Below, piece by piece: positions 20,150 to 29,365 of a DNA stretch of 64,000 nucleotides. A program made the position numbers and the translations under genes. Position 1 is the stretch's first letter. Every line of letters starts with the position of its first letter. The notes under the pieces are model-generated. The model made no database searches, was not told the origin of the DNA, and saw only the letters and a program-made list of their open reading frames with translations. The stretch is from Candidatus Babeliales bacterium. GTDB taxonomy: Bacteria; Babelota; Babeliae; Babelales; Vermiphilaceae. The stretch is from positions 64,001-128,000 of the forward strand of contig CAVUQO010000002.1 of assembly GCA_963743635.1 (NCBI GenBank), read 5' to 3'.

Positions 20150-20770
20150 CTATGCCTGCGTAGAGCAAAAACATTTCCCAGTTTTAAATGCTTTGGTTCG
20201 CTGGTCCAACTTGGCATGTCCTGCCACCAGTGCATAACTGAAGGCTATGTCTTCGCATGCAGTCGGCCTGCCAGCATCATTTCTTGGAGAAAAAATTCTG
20301 TTTTCCTTGAGGCAATGGATAAATTCCATTTCTGCCTTAGATGCTTCTAAAGCCTTTTCATTCACTAGGTCCTTAAGTTTTTCTTTAGTAGTTTGAAAAA
20401 TATATGGCCTTGCATATTGCCCTGCGGTAAGTACTGCAGCAACTTGTCCTACGGTAGTTGTTGGAGCTATCCATGCAGCAACTTCAATAACACCAGCGAC
20501 GACCACACTAGCAACTTGACGTGGCGTGTCGGATAGGAGAATGTGGGGTATGGTTACCAAATGGAAAATTTTTTCGGTTGTCGATAACTTTTGAATATAT
20601 TTCTCGAATGGCGATAACCCTAATTCTTTAATAATAAATTTCTCGATTGGCAGTAACTCGTTCGGTAGAATTTCAAGAGAATATGGGCGATTACAACCGC
20701 AATTTGCTGCTTCACCCCCAGCATACAAATTTGCACTAAACAGCAATGATAGAAGTGTTCTTTTTAACAT
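20150..20770 (-). CDS. Secreted hypothetical protein, C-x-x-x-N...G-x-P-T-A-C family
   Basis: Signal peptide; C-terminal motif CLKEN...AGRPTACE...VAG. Confidence 0.7.
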   Translation of the reverse strand: MLKRTLLSLLFSANLYAGGEAANCGCNRPYSLEILPNELLPIEKFIIKELGLSPFEKYIQKLSTTEKIFHLVTIPHILLSDTPRQVASVVVAGVIEVAAWIAPTTTVGQVAAVLTAGQYARPYIFQTTKEKLKDLVNEKALEASKAEMEFIHCLKENRIFSPRNDAGRPTACEDIAFSYALVAGHAKLDQRTKAFKTGKCFCSTQA

Positions 20771-20773
20771 ATT

Positions 20774-21310
20774 TTAACCCCGATAAGCGTCTTTGAAGGT
20801 GTTTATCATATCATTGCATGCTGCTTTGCCAGCCACTGCAGTAAATGCACTCGCTAGTCCTTCACATGCCGTCGGTATGCCGGCATTGTTTTTTGGCAGC
20901 TGTGCATTTTTCATAAGACAATCTCGAAAGGCATTCTTTGCCTCCCAGATTTTATTGCGTTCGCCAGCTGCCTTTAGGCTAGCCTTTCGCGCCTCACTGG
21001 GATAGCAGTAATCATAGAAGTCTCGTCCCGCAGAGGCAAAGAATACAGCGGCGTAAAGACAGATAGCTATGGATATGCCGGCACTAAGACGATTGCAATA
21101 CAGGGTAACCTTTTTCTGTGTTTCTTCGTCCCATTCTTCTGATGCCTTTATTATGTTTGGAATTATTGCAGCCACTACTAACGTTGCTACCCCAAGCCCT
21201 ATTGCACCATGCGATGATGCAGTGTGGTTAGATAATGTAAAACTTGCTGATTGCGGTGCTGCATGTAAATTTGCACTAAGCAGCAGTAATAAAAATGATT
21301 TTTTTAACAT
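20774..21310 (-). CDS. Secreted/membrane hypothetical protein, same Cys-motif family
   Basis: Signal peptide, two hydrophobic segments, CLMKN...AGIPTACE...VAG. Confidence 0.7.
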   Translation of the reverse strand: MLKKSFLLLLLSANLHAAPQSASFTLSNHTASSHGAIGLGVATLVVAAIIPNIIKASEEWDEETQKKVTLYCNRLSAGISIAICLYAAVFFASAGRDFYDYCYPSEARKASLKAAGERNKIWEAKNAFRDCLMKNAQLPKNNAGIPTACEGLASAFTAVAGKAACNDMINTFKDAYRG

Positions 21311-21313
21311 ATT

Positions 21314-22006
21314 TTAATCCTGATAAGCGGTTTTGAAGTTTGTTGTCATTTCATTGAGTGCTGCTTTACCAGCGACCAGAGTATACTGGCGCGAAAATTC
21401 ATCACACGCAGTTGGGCGACCCGCCCAATTCCTTGGCGTATGCGCATTTTTTATAAAACAATTTCTTAATCCTTGCTTTGCATCAAGATATTCATTTGTT
21501 TCACGATCTGTTTTGATGCGTGCCTTTGTTTCTTCATCTGGATAATAGCTTCTATATACATCGTTTGCTGTGGAGGCTAGTTGAGATATGCCATAAATAG
21601 CAATACCTGCACCAAGATATTTTAATGCTGGTGCCAATATTTCAGCTGCTTCACGTCCAAGCATCGGAGAGGCTTCTTTAACCTTATCGCCTAAGGTACC
21701 AGCCGCTTGGTTGCCGAGTGTTGGATCAATGTTCTGAGCGCCGTTAGCTATTCCTTCTTTAATCTTCTCCCCTATTTCCTTCGCTCCTTCACTACCTAGC
21801 AATGCAGATACATCCTTCACGCTTTGGGTATGTGTAGTAAGCACTTGATCTATTTCCTGCACCATCGCAACCCCTGCAGCCTTTGGTGGTGAGAATGCCG
21901 CCTTGAATGCGTTCCAAAAATCCTCAACCCTTCCAGCCCTGCTGGAAGTATGCGTAGTAGCAATGATAATGGCTGTGTATAAAAAAAATTTCTTAATATT
22001 GTTCAT
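21314..22006 (-). CDS. Secreted hypothetical protein, same Cys-motif family
   Basis: Signal peptide; CFIKN...AGRPTACD...VAG. Confidence 0.7.
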   Translation of the reverse strand: MNNIKKFFLYTAIIIATTHTSSRAGRVEDFWNAFKAAFSPPKAAGVAMVQEIDQVLTTHTQSVKDVSALLGSEGAKEIGEKIKEGIANGAQNIDPTLGNQAAGTLGDKVKEASPMLGREAAEILAPALKYLGAGIAIYGISQLASTANDVYRSYYPDEETKARIKTDRETNEYLDAKQGLRNCFIKNAHTPRNWAGRPTACDEFSRQYTLVAGKAALNEMTTNFKTAYQD

Positions 22007-22031
22007 AACGTTTCCCTATTGAGCTATATAG

Positions 22032-22550
22032 TTACTTTTGTAAATTTTCAAGTTCAGTGTCTAATGCAATCAATTGTTGAATATGAATTTCATATTTTTT
22101 AACAAGGCTTTTTAGTATTGCTTGCTCAATAGCGTATCGTATTGCATAGAATTTTAATGATTGAAATTCGTCCTCTTGAAACAGACCGTTTACAAGTATT
22201 CCTTCAACGCTTTTTTTGTTTTTGTAAGTCATCAAAGCATTCGTATAAAAGATATCGAGCTCCTTATAAAGCCGAGCTTCTTCCTCCTGTGCTAATGCAT
22301 TGCCATCATTTTTTTGACCCAATGCTCGCATTCTTTTATCGATGATTAGTCTAAAAACATCATGAGATTCTGATTTGAGTGAAGAAAGCAACTTGTCTTT
22401 TTCAGCAATAAGCGCGCCAAGCTTAGAGAGTTCCAGCTGTTTTTGAAAAATATTTTCTTCCATCCGTTGTATGCGCGTATCAACAGTATTCCTGCCCATT
22501 GCTGCAATAGGCACGAAGAGCATTGTTAAAAATATGGTTTTATAGTTCAT
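22032..22550 (-). CDS. Secreted coiled-coil hypothetical protein
   Basis: Signal peptide; heptad-rich helical sequence. Confidence 0.65.
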   Translation of the reverse strand: MNYKTIFLTMLFVPIAAMGRNTVDTRIQRMEENIFQKQLELSKLGALIAEKDKLLSSLKSESHDVFRLIIDKRMRALGQKNDGNALAQEEEARLYKELDIFYTNALMTYKNKKSVEGILVNGLFQEDEFQSLKFYAIRYAIEQAILKSLVKKYEIHIQQLIALDTELENLQK

Positions 22551-22596
22551 GATAATCCTTGAGTGTTAAGTATTGTTTTGATCGTTATGCAATTGA

Positions 22597-23121
22597 TTAC
22601 CACCACGATGTGGAGAATTGCTTTCTGTATTGATTGTAATTAGTTGTCAGTTTATCTGCCTCTTTCTTTCCCCCAAATATTTTGAGCACGTGTACTATTT
22701 CTCCGCATGCAGAGGGAAGCCCTGATCGCGCTCTTTTGGAAGTGTTCTTGTTTTCCATAAGGCATTGCTTTAATGCCTTTTCTGCGGTAAGCAAACCATA
22801 TTGGTTAGCAACGTCATGAGCCTCTATTTTTTCTTTCTCATTGGGGAAATTAAGAGATTTTATTTCTTGCACTATCAGACATATTCGAACAATAAGGCCA
22901 ATATATGGCTCGGCCTCAGCCCCCTTTTCAACTGCCTTTCCAATGATTGCCTTGAGGCCAGATTTTGCCGTCTCGTTAATTGCTGCATCAGCAGCCTGTT
23001 CAGTCATTGCTTTAAGTTCTGGTTGTGCGAAGGAAACGAAAACGGAATATAAGAATATCCGTTTAATATTTTGCTTGAATAATGTCATTGGGGTCCCTTT
23101 CCCACTAGTGTTTATGATCAT
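22597..23121 (-). CDS. Secreted hypothetical protein, divergent Cys-motif family member
   Basis: CLMEN...SGLPSACG; true start probably at the downstream Met (MTLFK). Confidence 0.65.
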   Translation of the reverse strand: MIINTSGKGTPMTLFKQNIKRIFLYSVFVSFAQPELKAMTEQAADAAINETAKSGLKAIIGKAVEKGAEAEPYIGLIVRICLIVQEIKSLNFPNEKEKIEAHDVANQYGLLTAEKALKQCLMENKNTSKRARSGLPSACGEIVHVLKIFGGKKEADKLTTNYNQYRKQFSTSWW

Positions 23122-23187
23122 ATGATTGATCAGTGTATTTTATACGTAATTGAAGATGCTTGAGCTATTCAGAAATCCATAATGGAT

Positions 23188-23212
23188 ATAAGCCCCGGGC
23201 TTCCGGGGCTTA
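23188..23212. terminator. Hairpin terminator
   Basis: ataagccccgg-gctt-ccggggcttat perfect stem downstream of 23223..23432. Confidence 0.65.
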
Positions 23213-23222
23213 TTCTAAATGC

Positions 23223-23432
23223 TTAGATTTTCTTGGAACTGGCATTATAAGTAATATTTTTAAGAACTAATCCCATGAATAAGCCTATAACGCATGCGGG
23301 ATAATAGTTGTATTGCCAAGGCAATGGATCGTTGAATCCTAAGGAGCGCATAATGTATACAACGCTTACCATTACACCAACGATGGTCATTGTTTGATAA
23401 AACTGTTCTACAAAAATATTAAATAATTTCAT
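23223..23432 (-). CDS. Small two-TM membrane protein
   Basis: 69 aa with two hydrophobic helices; starts 9 bp after the stop of 23442..24104. Confidence 0.6.
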   Translation of the reverse strand: MKLFNIFVEQFYQTMTIVGVMVSVVYIMRSLGFNDPLPWQYNYYPACVIGLFMGLVLKNITYNASSKKI

Positions 23433-23441
23433 GGTTAACCA

Positions 23442-24104
23442 TTACGGTAATGGTAAGACTAAACCAAGGCCGAACGCACTTACGGATGCTGCTTCAATAA
23501 AAGCCACAAGACCGGTAGTTCCACCAGCAGTTGCTATAGCTCCTGTTGCTAAGCCTGCCGCTGAGGTAGCTGCAGCAGATGTGCCAATAGCAGCGGCTGT
23601 TGCGCCTGCCGCTAAAGTACCAGCGCCGGTTCCAGCGATCGCAACGGTGGTGCCTGCATTAAGAGCGGCGCCAACCGCAACGCCCGCAGTTCCACCGCTT
23701 GCCACTGTGGCAGCCGCTACTGTAGCAGCTCCTGCGGTGGCTGCAGCGCCAACACCGCCCCAACAAAGAGATTTGGTTATCCAATACAAAGCATTCGCGG
23801 TAACTGGACCACCGCCATTAAGACGACCGCCAAGGCGAAGCGCGTAGTCATTACTATTTTCCATCTTATTGAGCTTTAAATAAGCACCAGTTGTAGTAAG
23901 TTGTGCAAGCCGTTCTTCTGATATGCCTCTCAGCTCTTTATCGATGAAAGCGCGTTGAATTTTAGTTGATGTGTTTTCTGTTTCCACAAAGAAGTCATTG
24001 CCTTTGTGGGTGAGTCGCATTGCATTCATTCCTGAGAATGCAAGCATAGATAAGGCTAGAAAGCCTGTCCTGACACAGGAAGGGCCTTTCTTGATTTGTA
24101 ACAT
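23442..24104 (-). CDS. Secreted protein with LRLGGRLNGGG motif and long Gly/Ala/Thr hydrophobic tail
   Basis: Signal-like N-terminus, globular ~70 aa domain, then a glycine-zipper-like tail. Confidence 0.7.
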   Translation of the reverse strand: MLQIKKGPSCVRTGFLALSMLAFSGMNAMRLTHKGNDFFVETENTSTKIQRAFIDKELRGISEERLAQLTTTGAYLKLNKMENSNDYALRLGGRLNGGGPVTANALYWITKSLCWGGVGAAATAGAATVAAATVASGGTAGVAVGAALNAGTTVAIAGTGAGTLAAGATAAAIGTSAAATSAAGLATGAIATAGGTTGLVAFIEAASVSAFGLGLVLPLP

Positions 24105-24133
24105 ATGTTAGTCCGATATGATTAAACGTACTG

Positions 24134-24313
24134 CTAAACGTCCAATTCATTGGGTAATTTCGTACTCAACGATTGAACTTTTCCTTCAATCGCTTCAATT
24201 ACTAGATCTCTCATACTTTTTTCGACCATTACACTTTTGATTTTCAGCTTCTTGTGCAACTCTAGAGGCAAAGCAATAGTGAGACGAGTCGATTCCTTCT
24301 TGCGTTCCATCAT
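24134..24313 (-). CDS. Ribbon-helix-helix (CopG/ParG-like) DNA-binding protein, 59 aa, not in ORF track
   Basis: Manual translation MMERKKESTRLTIALPLELHKKLKIKSVMVEKSMRDLVIEAIE...LDV*; RBS aaggggag just upstream. Confidence 0.75.
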   Translation of the reverse strand: MMERKKESTRLTIALPLELHKKLKIKSVMVEKSMRDLVIEAIEGKVQSLSTKLPNELDV

Positions 24314-24549
24314 TACTCCCCTTTTATGTAATCACGATTATTAGCATATACGTAAATAAATAAGCCGCAAGCAATAAATAAGACTGGATTTTCTTAGTAA
24401 TTTTATAGGTTCGGTTTTTAATCATGTGTGACGCATTGTCTCATAGAGAACGATTTATAAGAGATAATACTCATGGATTGTGTAAGGCCTTATTAATCCA
24501 ATGTTTATAATGCGCTAGCTCTATGTATTTAAGCCCTTTTTGAGTGATT

Positions 24550-26892
24550 CTATGGGGTTTGTTGTTTGGGGGCAGCAGGTTTAACTGGTTTTTGCTGCCC
24601 TTGAATGTTGGAGTATTCGATCCATGGGGTATCAGGGCCTGTTTCAAGCCAGATTCGAGTATTTAAAGAGCGCGTTTGAGGATTGAATGAGAGCTTTATC
24701 CCTTTAAGATCATAGTCTTTCAGTGATTCAATATATTTCTTAATATTCGCGTGGGAATAATTTTTGTTGTACACGCCCGTTGTATCCTTTTCTATGTGAT
24801 CGAGGGCGTCAACAAGGATACTGGTGGCTATATATGCCTCAAGTGAAAAAGTATCGTAATCATATTGATTGACATCCATTTGTTCACGATACTCTTGTAC
24901 GATGGGAAGGTTGCTTAAGCGAGGATTGGGTACAATGGCAGTCAATAAAATAGTGATTCCCTGACGTTTTGCGAAATGACGAATGGATTTTTCTCCCAAA
25001 AATGAATCGCTAAAAATAATCATATCGGTTAGATTTGCAGTGCCCAATTGCTGTATGAATTCTCGTGCTGGTATGGGGCTGGCAAAGAATCCGATAGCCT
25101 GAATACCTTCTTGTTTTAGAGCCTCTACTTGTTTCTTAAAATCTAAGGTTCCTGGTAAATAAGGCAAACCCAAGCATTTTGAGATTCCCTTTTTTTGCAG
25201 ATATGCGCGTGAAGTTTCAAAGCTTATGCGTCCGAATTCAGTATCTTGATAGAAGAAAGCAAATTTATTCATCATTTTTTGATTAATAATGTGATCAAGA
25301 AGAACATTTACTTCATCTTCGTAGGATGGACGGTAATTGATCAGGCCGTGCAATTCTGGTTTGAAAAATTCTTCTCCTCCTGTGACTGGAAAGAGGGTAA
25401 GTATTTTATTTTGTTTTATCAAATCAGTATAGGAGTCAAGAGTTAGGGCGCCAATAGGTAATAAAATGACGTCAGCATTATTTTCATTGGTTAGTTCTAT
25501 GACGTTTTTTCGGGCAAGTACAGCGTTATAGTTATCGTTATAAGTGGTGAGAGAAAGATGCAGCGTGGTTAACTCTGTATTACTGGCGTTTGCTTGTTGA
25601 ATGCGTGCGGACATACCGCGCATAACGCATTGACTGATAACGGGAAGTCCACTAATTAATCCTAGGGTGCTACCAATATTAAAATTTTTCTCAAAAGTGT
25701 TTGCACGGGAGAGAATTATACCGGTTAAAAGATTAAATGCTTCATGTTTTTTAAACCCTCGTTGATTTGATATTTGTTGGTTATACAAAACGATGGCGCT
25801 GTCTTGTATAGTTGATCCTACAGTAATAATACCAAATGCATCATAATCAAAACCAAAAAATTTTTGATGAGCCATATTGGGTGATGATAAGATTGACCAA
25901 GCTGTTGTCCCACGATCCTGTTCTAAAAGACCAAGACCAAGTAGGTCACGTGGTTCACCCGAAACGGCGCGCATCTCGTGCATCGAATTTTCAGATTTAA
26001 TAATGACTTCAACTGAGACTTTTTGGCTTGATGCTTTTTTTTGCGTAATGTCATGGTAGGTTAAGGTATCTCTGGGGGGCTTATCCCAAAAAGATCCATA
26101 TGCATCTTCATTGAGTTCGGGAGAATCAAAGCCTTCAGCTGAAATGCGAATGAAGGTATGCGGACTTTTGAGTGTACTGATATAGAATGCAAGAGGAAGT
26201 GTATTAAAAAAAGCATCAATCGATGCATTTAAGGGAATTTCGCCTGTCATGGGTTCGCCTAAGCGGGTTAAAAGTTCTCGTTTGAGTCCGTAATCCAGCC
26301 ATTTATTATTATCTTCACTGAGGCCGCGCACCCAGATCATTTGGTCGGGATTGCGATACAAAAGAGTCATGAGCGTTGTCAGCATTTCTAAGGTATATGC
26401 AGATCGGTTGAGTGTGTCTCCATACACAACGAATAAATAGTCTTTTTTTATGATTTCGAAATTGTTGTTCAGGATGCCCTGCTGCTCGAGCCACGTGAGA
26501 TCGCGCGTGAAAGAATGTAGACATCCTTCAAGATTTCCGCAGATCACAATATGAGTTGGATAGGAGAGCTGCAGCAGTGCAACCTTGCGCCCGGATAAGT
26601 CAGCTTTTTTTCGTTGTTCTATAACCTCCTGGAGTCTTTTTTTGAATAATGCGATATCCCAGAGGGGTTGCGGACTGAGGCCCCACGAGCGAAGGGTTTT
26701 GGTGAGCATATTGGGCTTAAGGCTTGCCTGATATGACGTATAGTCAGGATCATTCCAATCTTCATCATCACTGTGTGGTGCTTCGGTGTGTTGAGCTACA
26801 TAGTTTTGAAGATCACTGAGGGTGTTAAACGGCATAAGCGTTATATTGCAACAAAGGAGGAGTGTAGAAAAAATATATTTTGCATTGAGCAT
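24550..26892 (-). CDS. Secreted fusion: degenerate calcineurin-like metallophosphoesterase + type I periplasmic-binding (Venus flytrap, LivK-like) domain
   Basis: GNLEG/GDTLNRS/RGLSE/FFNTLPLA resemble PPP motifs; C-terminal NDNY, YRPSY, FFYQD..FG and EAYIA resemble branched-chain amino acid binding proteins. Confidence 0.7.
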   Translation of the reverse strand: MLNAKYIFSTLLLCCNITLMPFNTLSDLQNYVAQHTEAPHSDDEDWNDPDYTSYQASLKPNMLTKTLRSWGLSPQPLWDIALFKKRLQEVIEQRKKADLSGRKVALLQLSYPTHIVICGNLEGCLHSFTRDLTWLEQQGILNNNFEIIKKDYLFVVYGDTLNRSAYTLEMLTTLMTLLYRNPDQMIWVRGLSEDNNKWLDYGLKRELLTRLGEPMTGEIPLNASIDAFFNTLPLAFYISTLKSPHTFIRISAEGFDSPELNEDAYGSFWDKPPRDTLTYHDITQKKASSQKVSVEVIIKSENSMHEMRAVSGEPRDLLGLGLLEQDRGTTAWSILSSPNMAHQKFFGFDYDAFGIITVGSTIQDSAIVLYNQQISNQRGFKKHEAFNLLTGIILSRANTFEKNFNIGSTLGLISGLPVISQCVMRGMSARIQQANASNTELTTLHLSLTTYNDNYNAVLARKNVIELTNENNADVILLPIGALTLDSYTDLIKQNKILTLFPVTGGEEFFKPELHGLINYRPSYEDEVNVLLDHIINQKMMNKFAFFYQDTEFGRISFETSRAYLQKKGISKCLGLPYLPGTLDFKKQVEALKQEGIQAIGFFASPIPAREFIQQLGTANLTDMIIFSDSFLGEKSIRHFAKRQGITILLTAIVPNPRLSNLPIVQEYREQMDVNQYDYDTFSLEAYIATSILVDALDHIEKDTTGVYNKNYSHANIKKYIESLKDYDLKGIKLSFNPQTRSLNTRIWLETGPDTPWIEYSNIQGQQKPVKPAAPKQQTP

Positions 26893-26909
26893 TAACTATT
26901 CCTTGCATG

Positions 26910-27962
26910 TTACATGAATAAAAAATAAGTACTAAAACTATTAAGTAGAAGGTAAAAAGTAACGAGTAATATGGTTTTTGCGGTGCGACTCATGGTGGTG
27001 AGCTGATATGTGGTGATGATAAAAATAATTAATGCAAGACCAGTTAGAATAAGAATAAGGAAAAAGATGTAATCCGATGTCATGAAATAAGCAACACTAG
27101 GAGATAAATGGTCAATAACAAAACGATAACCCAATAAGCCAGTAACACTTCCGGTAGCATTGCGCAGAGCCGTTGCATCATCAAGCGAAAAACCAAAGAG
27201 AGTTATATAAAAAATCAGCAATAAAGGGAGTAAAATACTCATGACCAAACGGTATCCAATGCCATCATAATCGATGATAAACATGGCTGCCGGATTATAG
27301 ATGTCATCCCGTTTATCATAGGCATCGATTGAAGATTTTATATATCCAGTGCTTGTATCTTGCGCAACTTGATGCCATCCACGCGAGGAGAGATCCGGCT
27401 TGACGATGAAATCTCGTACGCTCGAATCCAAAAGGACTTCTTCGGGAGAAAAATACTTAAGAAGAAAGGTAATGCGCAGTCGGTGATCATCAAAGGGAAA
27501 ATTTTTGTAGTTAAGAGGAGAGGAAAATTTTGCTTTAATGTGAAAAGTGACGAGCATTTGGCCATCTGCGAGCTTAACGTCCGCTGGAGAGCGTTCAATG
27601 ATATCGCCCTGAAGTAGTGAAAATTGTTCTAAATGTTGCATTAAAAGGGCGCCCGTAGGATATCTGAACCAGAGGTAACCGGAAAAGATAAAGAGATTAT
27701 TGGTAATATCAAAAGTATGAAATTGATCGATATAGAGCCCGATCGTAACAAACGTTGCAAATCCGCCTAATTGCCGATATATGGGTGGGGTAACAACAAT
27801 AATGTCAGTGGCGCTAGGTTCAGTTGGCTGAAAAGCCTCAAGGCTTTTATGTATTACATATCCCATCCATACTATGCTGATAATCATACAGAGCATTTGA
27901 AAGTAAACAGGAACTCTGTTGCTTTTAGGCTCTTCATGGCTTAAAGGTGCTGTCTCACTCAT
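26910..27962 (-). CDS. Prokaryotic pentameric ligand-gated ion channel (pro-loop receptor) homolog
   Basis: VTIGLYI...GYLWFRY, NFPFDDHRLRI (pro-loop), W in loop, LLP at start of M1, four C-terminal TM helices, extra N-terminal TM. Confidence 0.75.
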   Translation of the reverse strand: MSETAPLSHEEPKSNRVPVYFQMLCMIISIVWMGYVIHKSLEAFQPTEPSATDIIVVTPPIYRQLGGFATFVTIGLYIDQFHTFDITNNLFIFSGYLWFRYPTGALLMQHLEQFSLLQGDIIERSPADVKLADGQMLVTFHIKAKFSSPLNYKNFPFDDHRLRITFLLKYFSPEEVLLDSSVRDFIVKPDLSSRGWHQVAQDTSTGYIKSSIDAYDKRDDIYNPAAMFIIDYDGIGYRLVMSILLPLLLIFYITLFGFSLDDATALRNATGSVTGLLGYRFVIDHLSPSVAYFMTSDYIFFLILILTGLALIIFIITTYQLTTMSRTAKTILLVTFYLLLNSFSTYFLFM

Positions 27963-28153
27963 GATATTTCTCCTTATATAATATTAGGACTACCTTAAAA
28001 AGGTTGGGGGGGCAGAGTCAATGATATCTCAATCAAGGGCCCTATAGACACGATTATTATCGTTCGTTTCGTGTAAAAATTGCTTTTTTTGTAAACTTTT
28101 TTACACTTAGAAATGATCCCTACTTCTATTTCCACGATATGAAAGGTACGCTT

Positions 28154-28720
28154 GTGATAGCAACGTCTGATTTTCGAAAAGGCGCAAAGATTCTTTTTCG
28201 CAATGAACCCTATATAATTGTTGATTTTCAGCATGTAAAGCCTGGTAAGGGTGGCGCATATGTTCGCACCAAGATGCGCAACATGATAACAGGGCTTATT
28301 CTGGAAGAAACCTTCCGATCAGGTGAAAAATTTGACAGTCCAGATTTGGCATACCGCGATATGCTCTTTCTCTATCAAGAGGGAGATTTTTACCACTTCA
28401 TGGATCAAGAGAGCTATGACCAAGTAGCCCTCAGCAAAAAGAATATTGCTGACATTCTTGATTATCTCAAGGAACAAACAGCCTATACAATTCTCTATTT
28501 TGATGAAAAGCCGATTGCAGTGACGGCACCCACCTTTATGGAACTCAAGGTTACTGAAACACCTCCGGGGGTACGTGGTGATACGGCGCAAGGTGGTGGC
28601 TCTAAACCAGCAACCCTTGAAACGGGCTTGGTTATTCAAGTACCATTATTCGTCAATGAGGGAGATATTCTCAAGGTCGATACTCGTGATAACAATTATA
28701 TTGAGCGCGTAAAGAAATAA
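28154..28720 (+). CDS. efp: Elongation factor P
   Basis: HVKPGKGGAYVR, PGVRGDT, LETG and VPLFV motifs; GTG start at 28154 assumed. Confidence 0.97.
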   Translation: MIATSDFRKGAKILFRNEPYIIVDFQHVKPGKGGAYVRTKMRNMITGLILEETFRSGEKFDSPDLAYRDMLFLYQEGDFYHFMDQESYDQVALSKKNIADILDYLKEQTAYTILYFDEKPIAVTAPTFMELKVTETPPGVRGDTAQGGGSKPATLETGLVIQVPLFVNEGDILKVDTRDNNYIERVKK

Positions 28721-28729
28721 GGTATATCA

Positions 28730-29248
28730 ATGGGACATGACGAAAATCCAGAAATCTGTGGTTTAACGACCACTAACAATAACGACAACGAGCAGTATGA
28801 ACCAGGGCAACTTTCCTATGATGATTTAAAATCACGCGATACGCGTGCGCTTATCTTTCATCTGCTTTACGCAATGGACTGCCTTGATTATACGGTTTCA
28901 CTCGACTCAATTGTAGATAACTTTAATCGTGGGTTTGATTTGCAAATTCCTCGCGACAGCAAAGTATTTGCGATAGCTCAGGCGGTTATAGATAATCGAG
29001 AAGCGCTTGATACTATGATTCATCCGTTACTCGTCAATTGGCGTTTTGAACGCATCGGTGTTTGCACGAAGCTTATTTTACGGTTTGCCCTTTGGGAATT
29101 AACTGAAATTAAGACCGTTCATAGCATCGTAATTAACGAGGCTATTGAATTAGCAAAATGTTTTGCAGAACATGATGCTTATAAATTCGTGAACGGCGTA
29201 CTTGATGAGGCGGTTAAGAAAATGGGACTGCAAGCTCCATCTTTGTAA
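28730..29248 (+). CDS. nusB: Transcription antitermination factor NusB
   Basis: NWRFERI, ILR, VINEAIELAK.F and FVNGVLD motifs; follows efp. Confidence 0.93.
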   Translation: MGHDENPEICGLTTTNNNDNEQYEPGQLSYDDLKSRDTRALIFHLLYAMDCLDYTVSLDSIVDNFNRGFDLQIPRDSKVFAIAQAVIDNREALDTMIHPLLVNWRFERIGVCTKLILRFALWELTEIKTVHSIVINEAIELAKCFAEHDAYKFVNGVLDEAVKKMGLQAPSL

Positions 29249-29291
29249 ATTTTATTGAATTCTCTATCAATATTGGTCTAATGCGAGATAT

Positions 29292-29356
29292 CCATTCCCC
29301 GTTCGCCCAGAGGTTTTTTCAACCGTAGGGAGAAAAATAGCGAGTGGGTACGGGGA
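29292..29356 (+). repeat. REP-like palindromic repeat, copy 1 (upstream of GIY-YIG gene)
   Basis: ccccgttcgcccagaggttttttcaaccgtagggagaaaaatagcgagtgggtacgggg. Confidence 0.85.
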
Positions 29357-29365
29357 TAGATAACT

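Larger units (their letters stand above)
19926..24554. mobile_element. Integrase-less genomic islet bounded by a perfect 28-bp direct repeat
   Basis: atttaagccctttttgagtgattctatg at 19926-19953 and 24527-24554; the second copy overlaps the stop codon of 24550..26892. Confidence 0.7.

Noticed and set aside
23431..23847. 138-aa Ala/Pro-rich plus-strand ORF
   Set aside because: Antisense shadow of the Gly/Ala-rich tail of 23442..24104.
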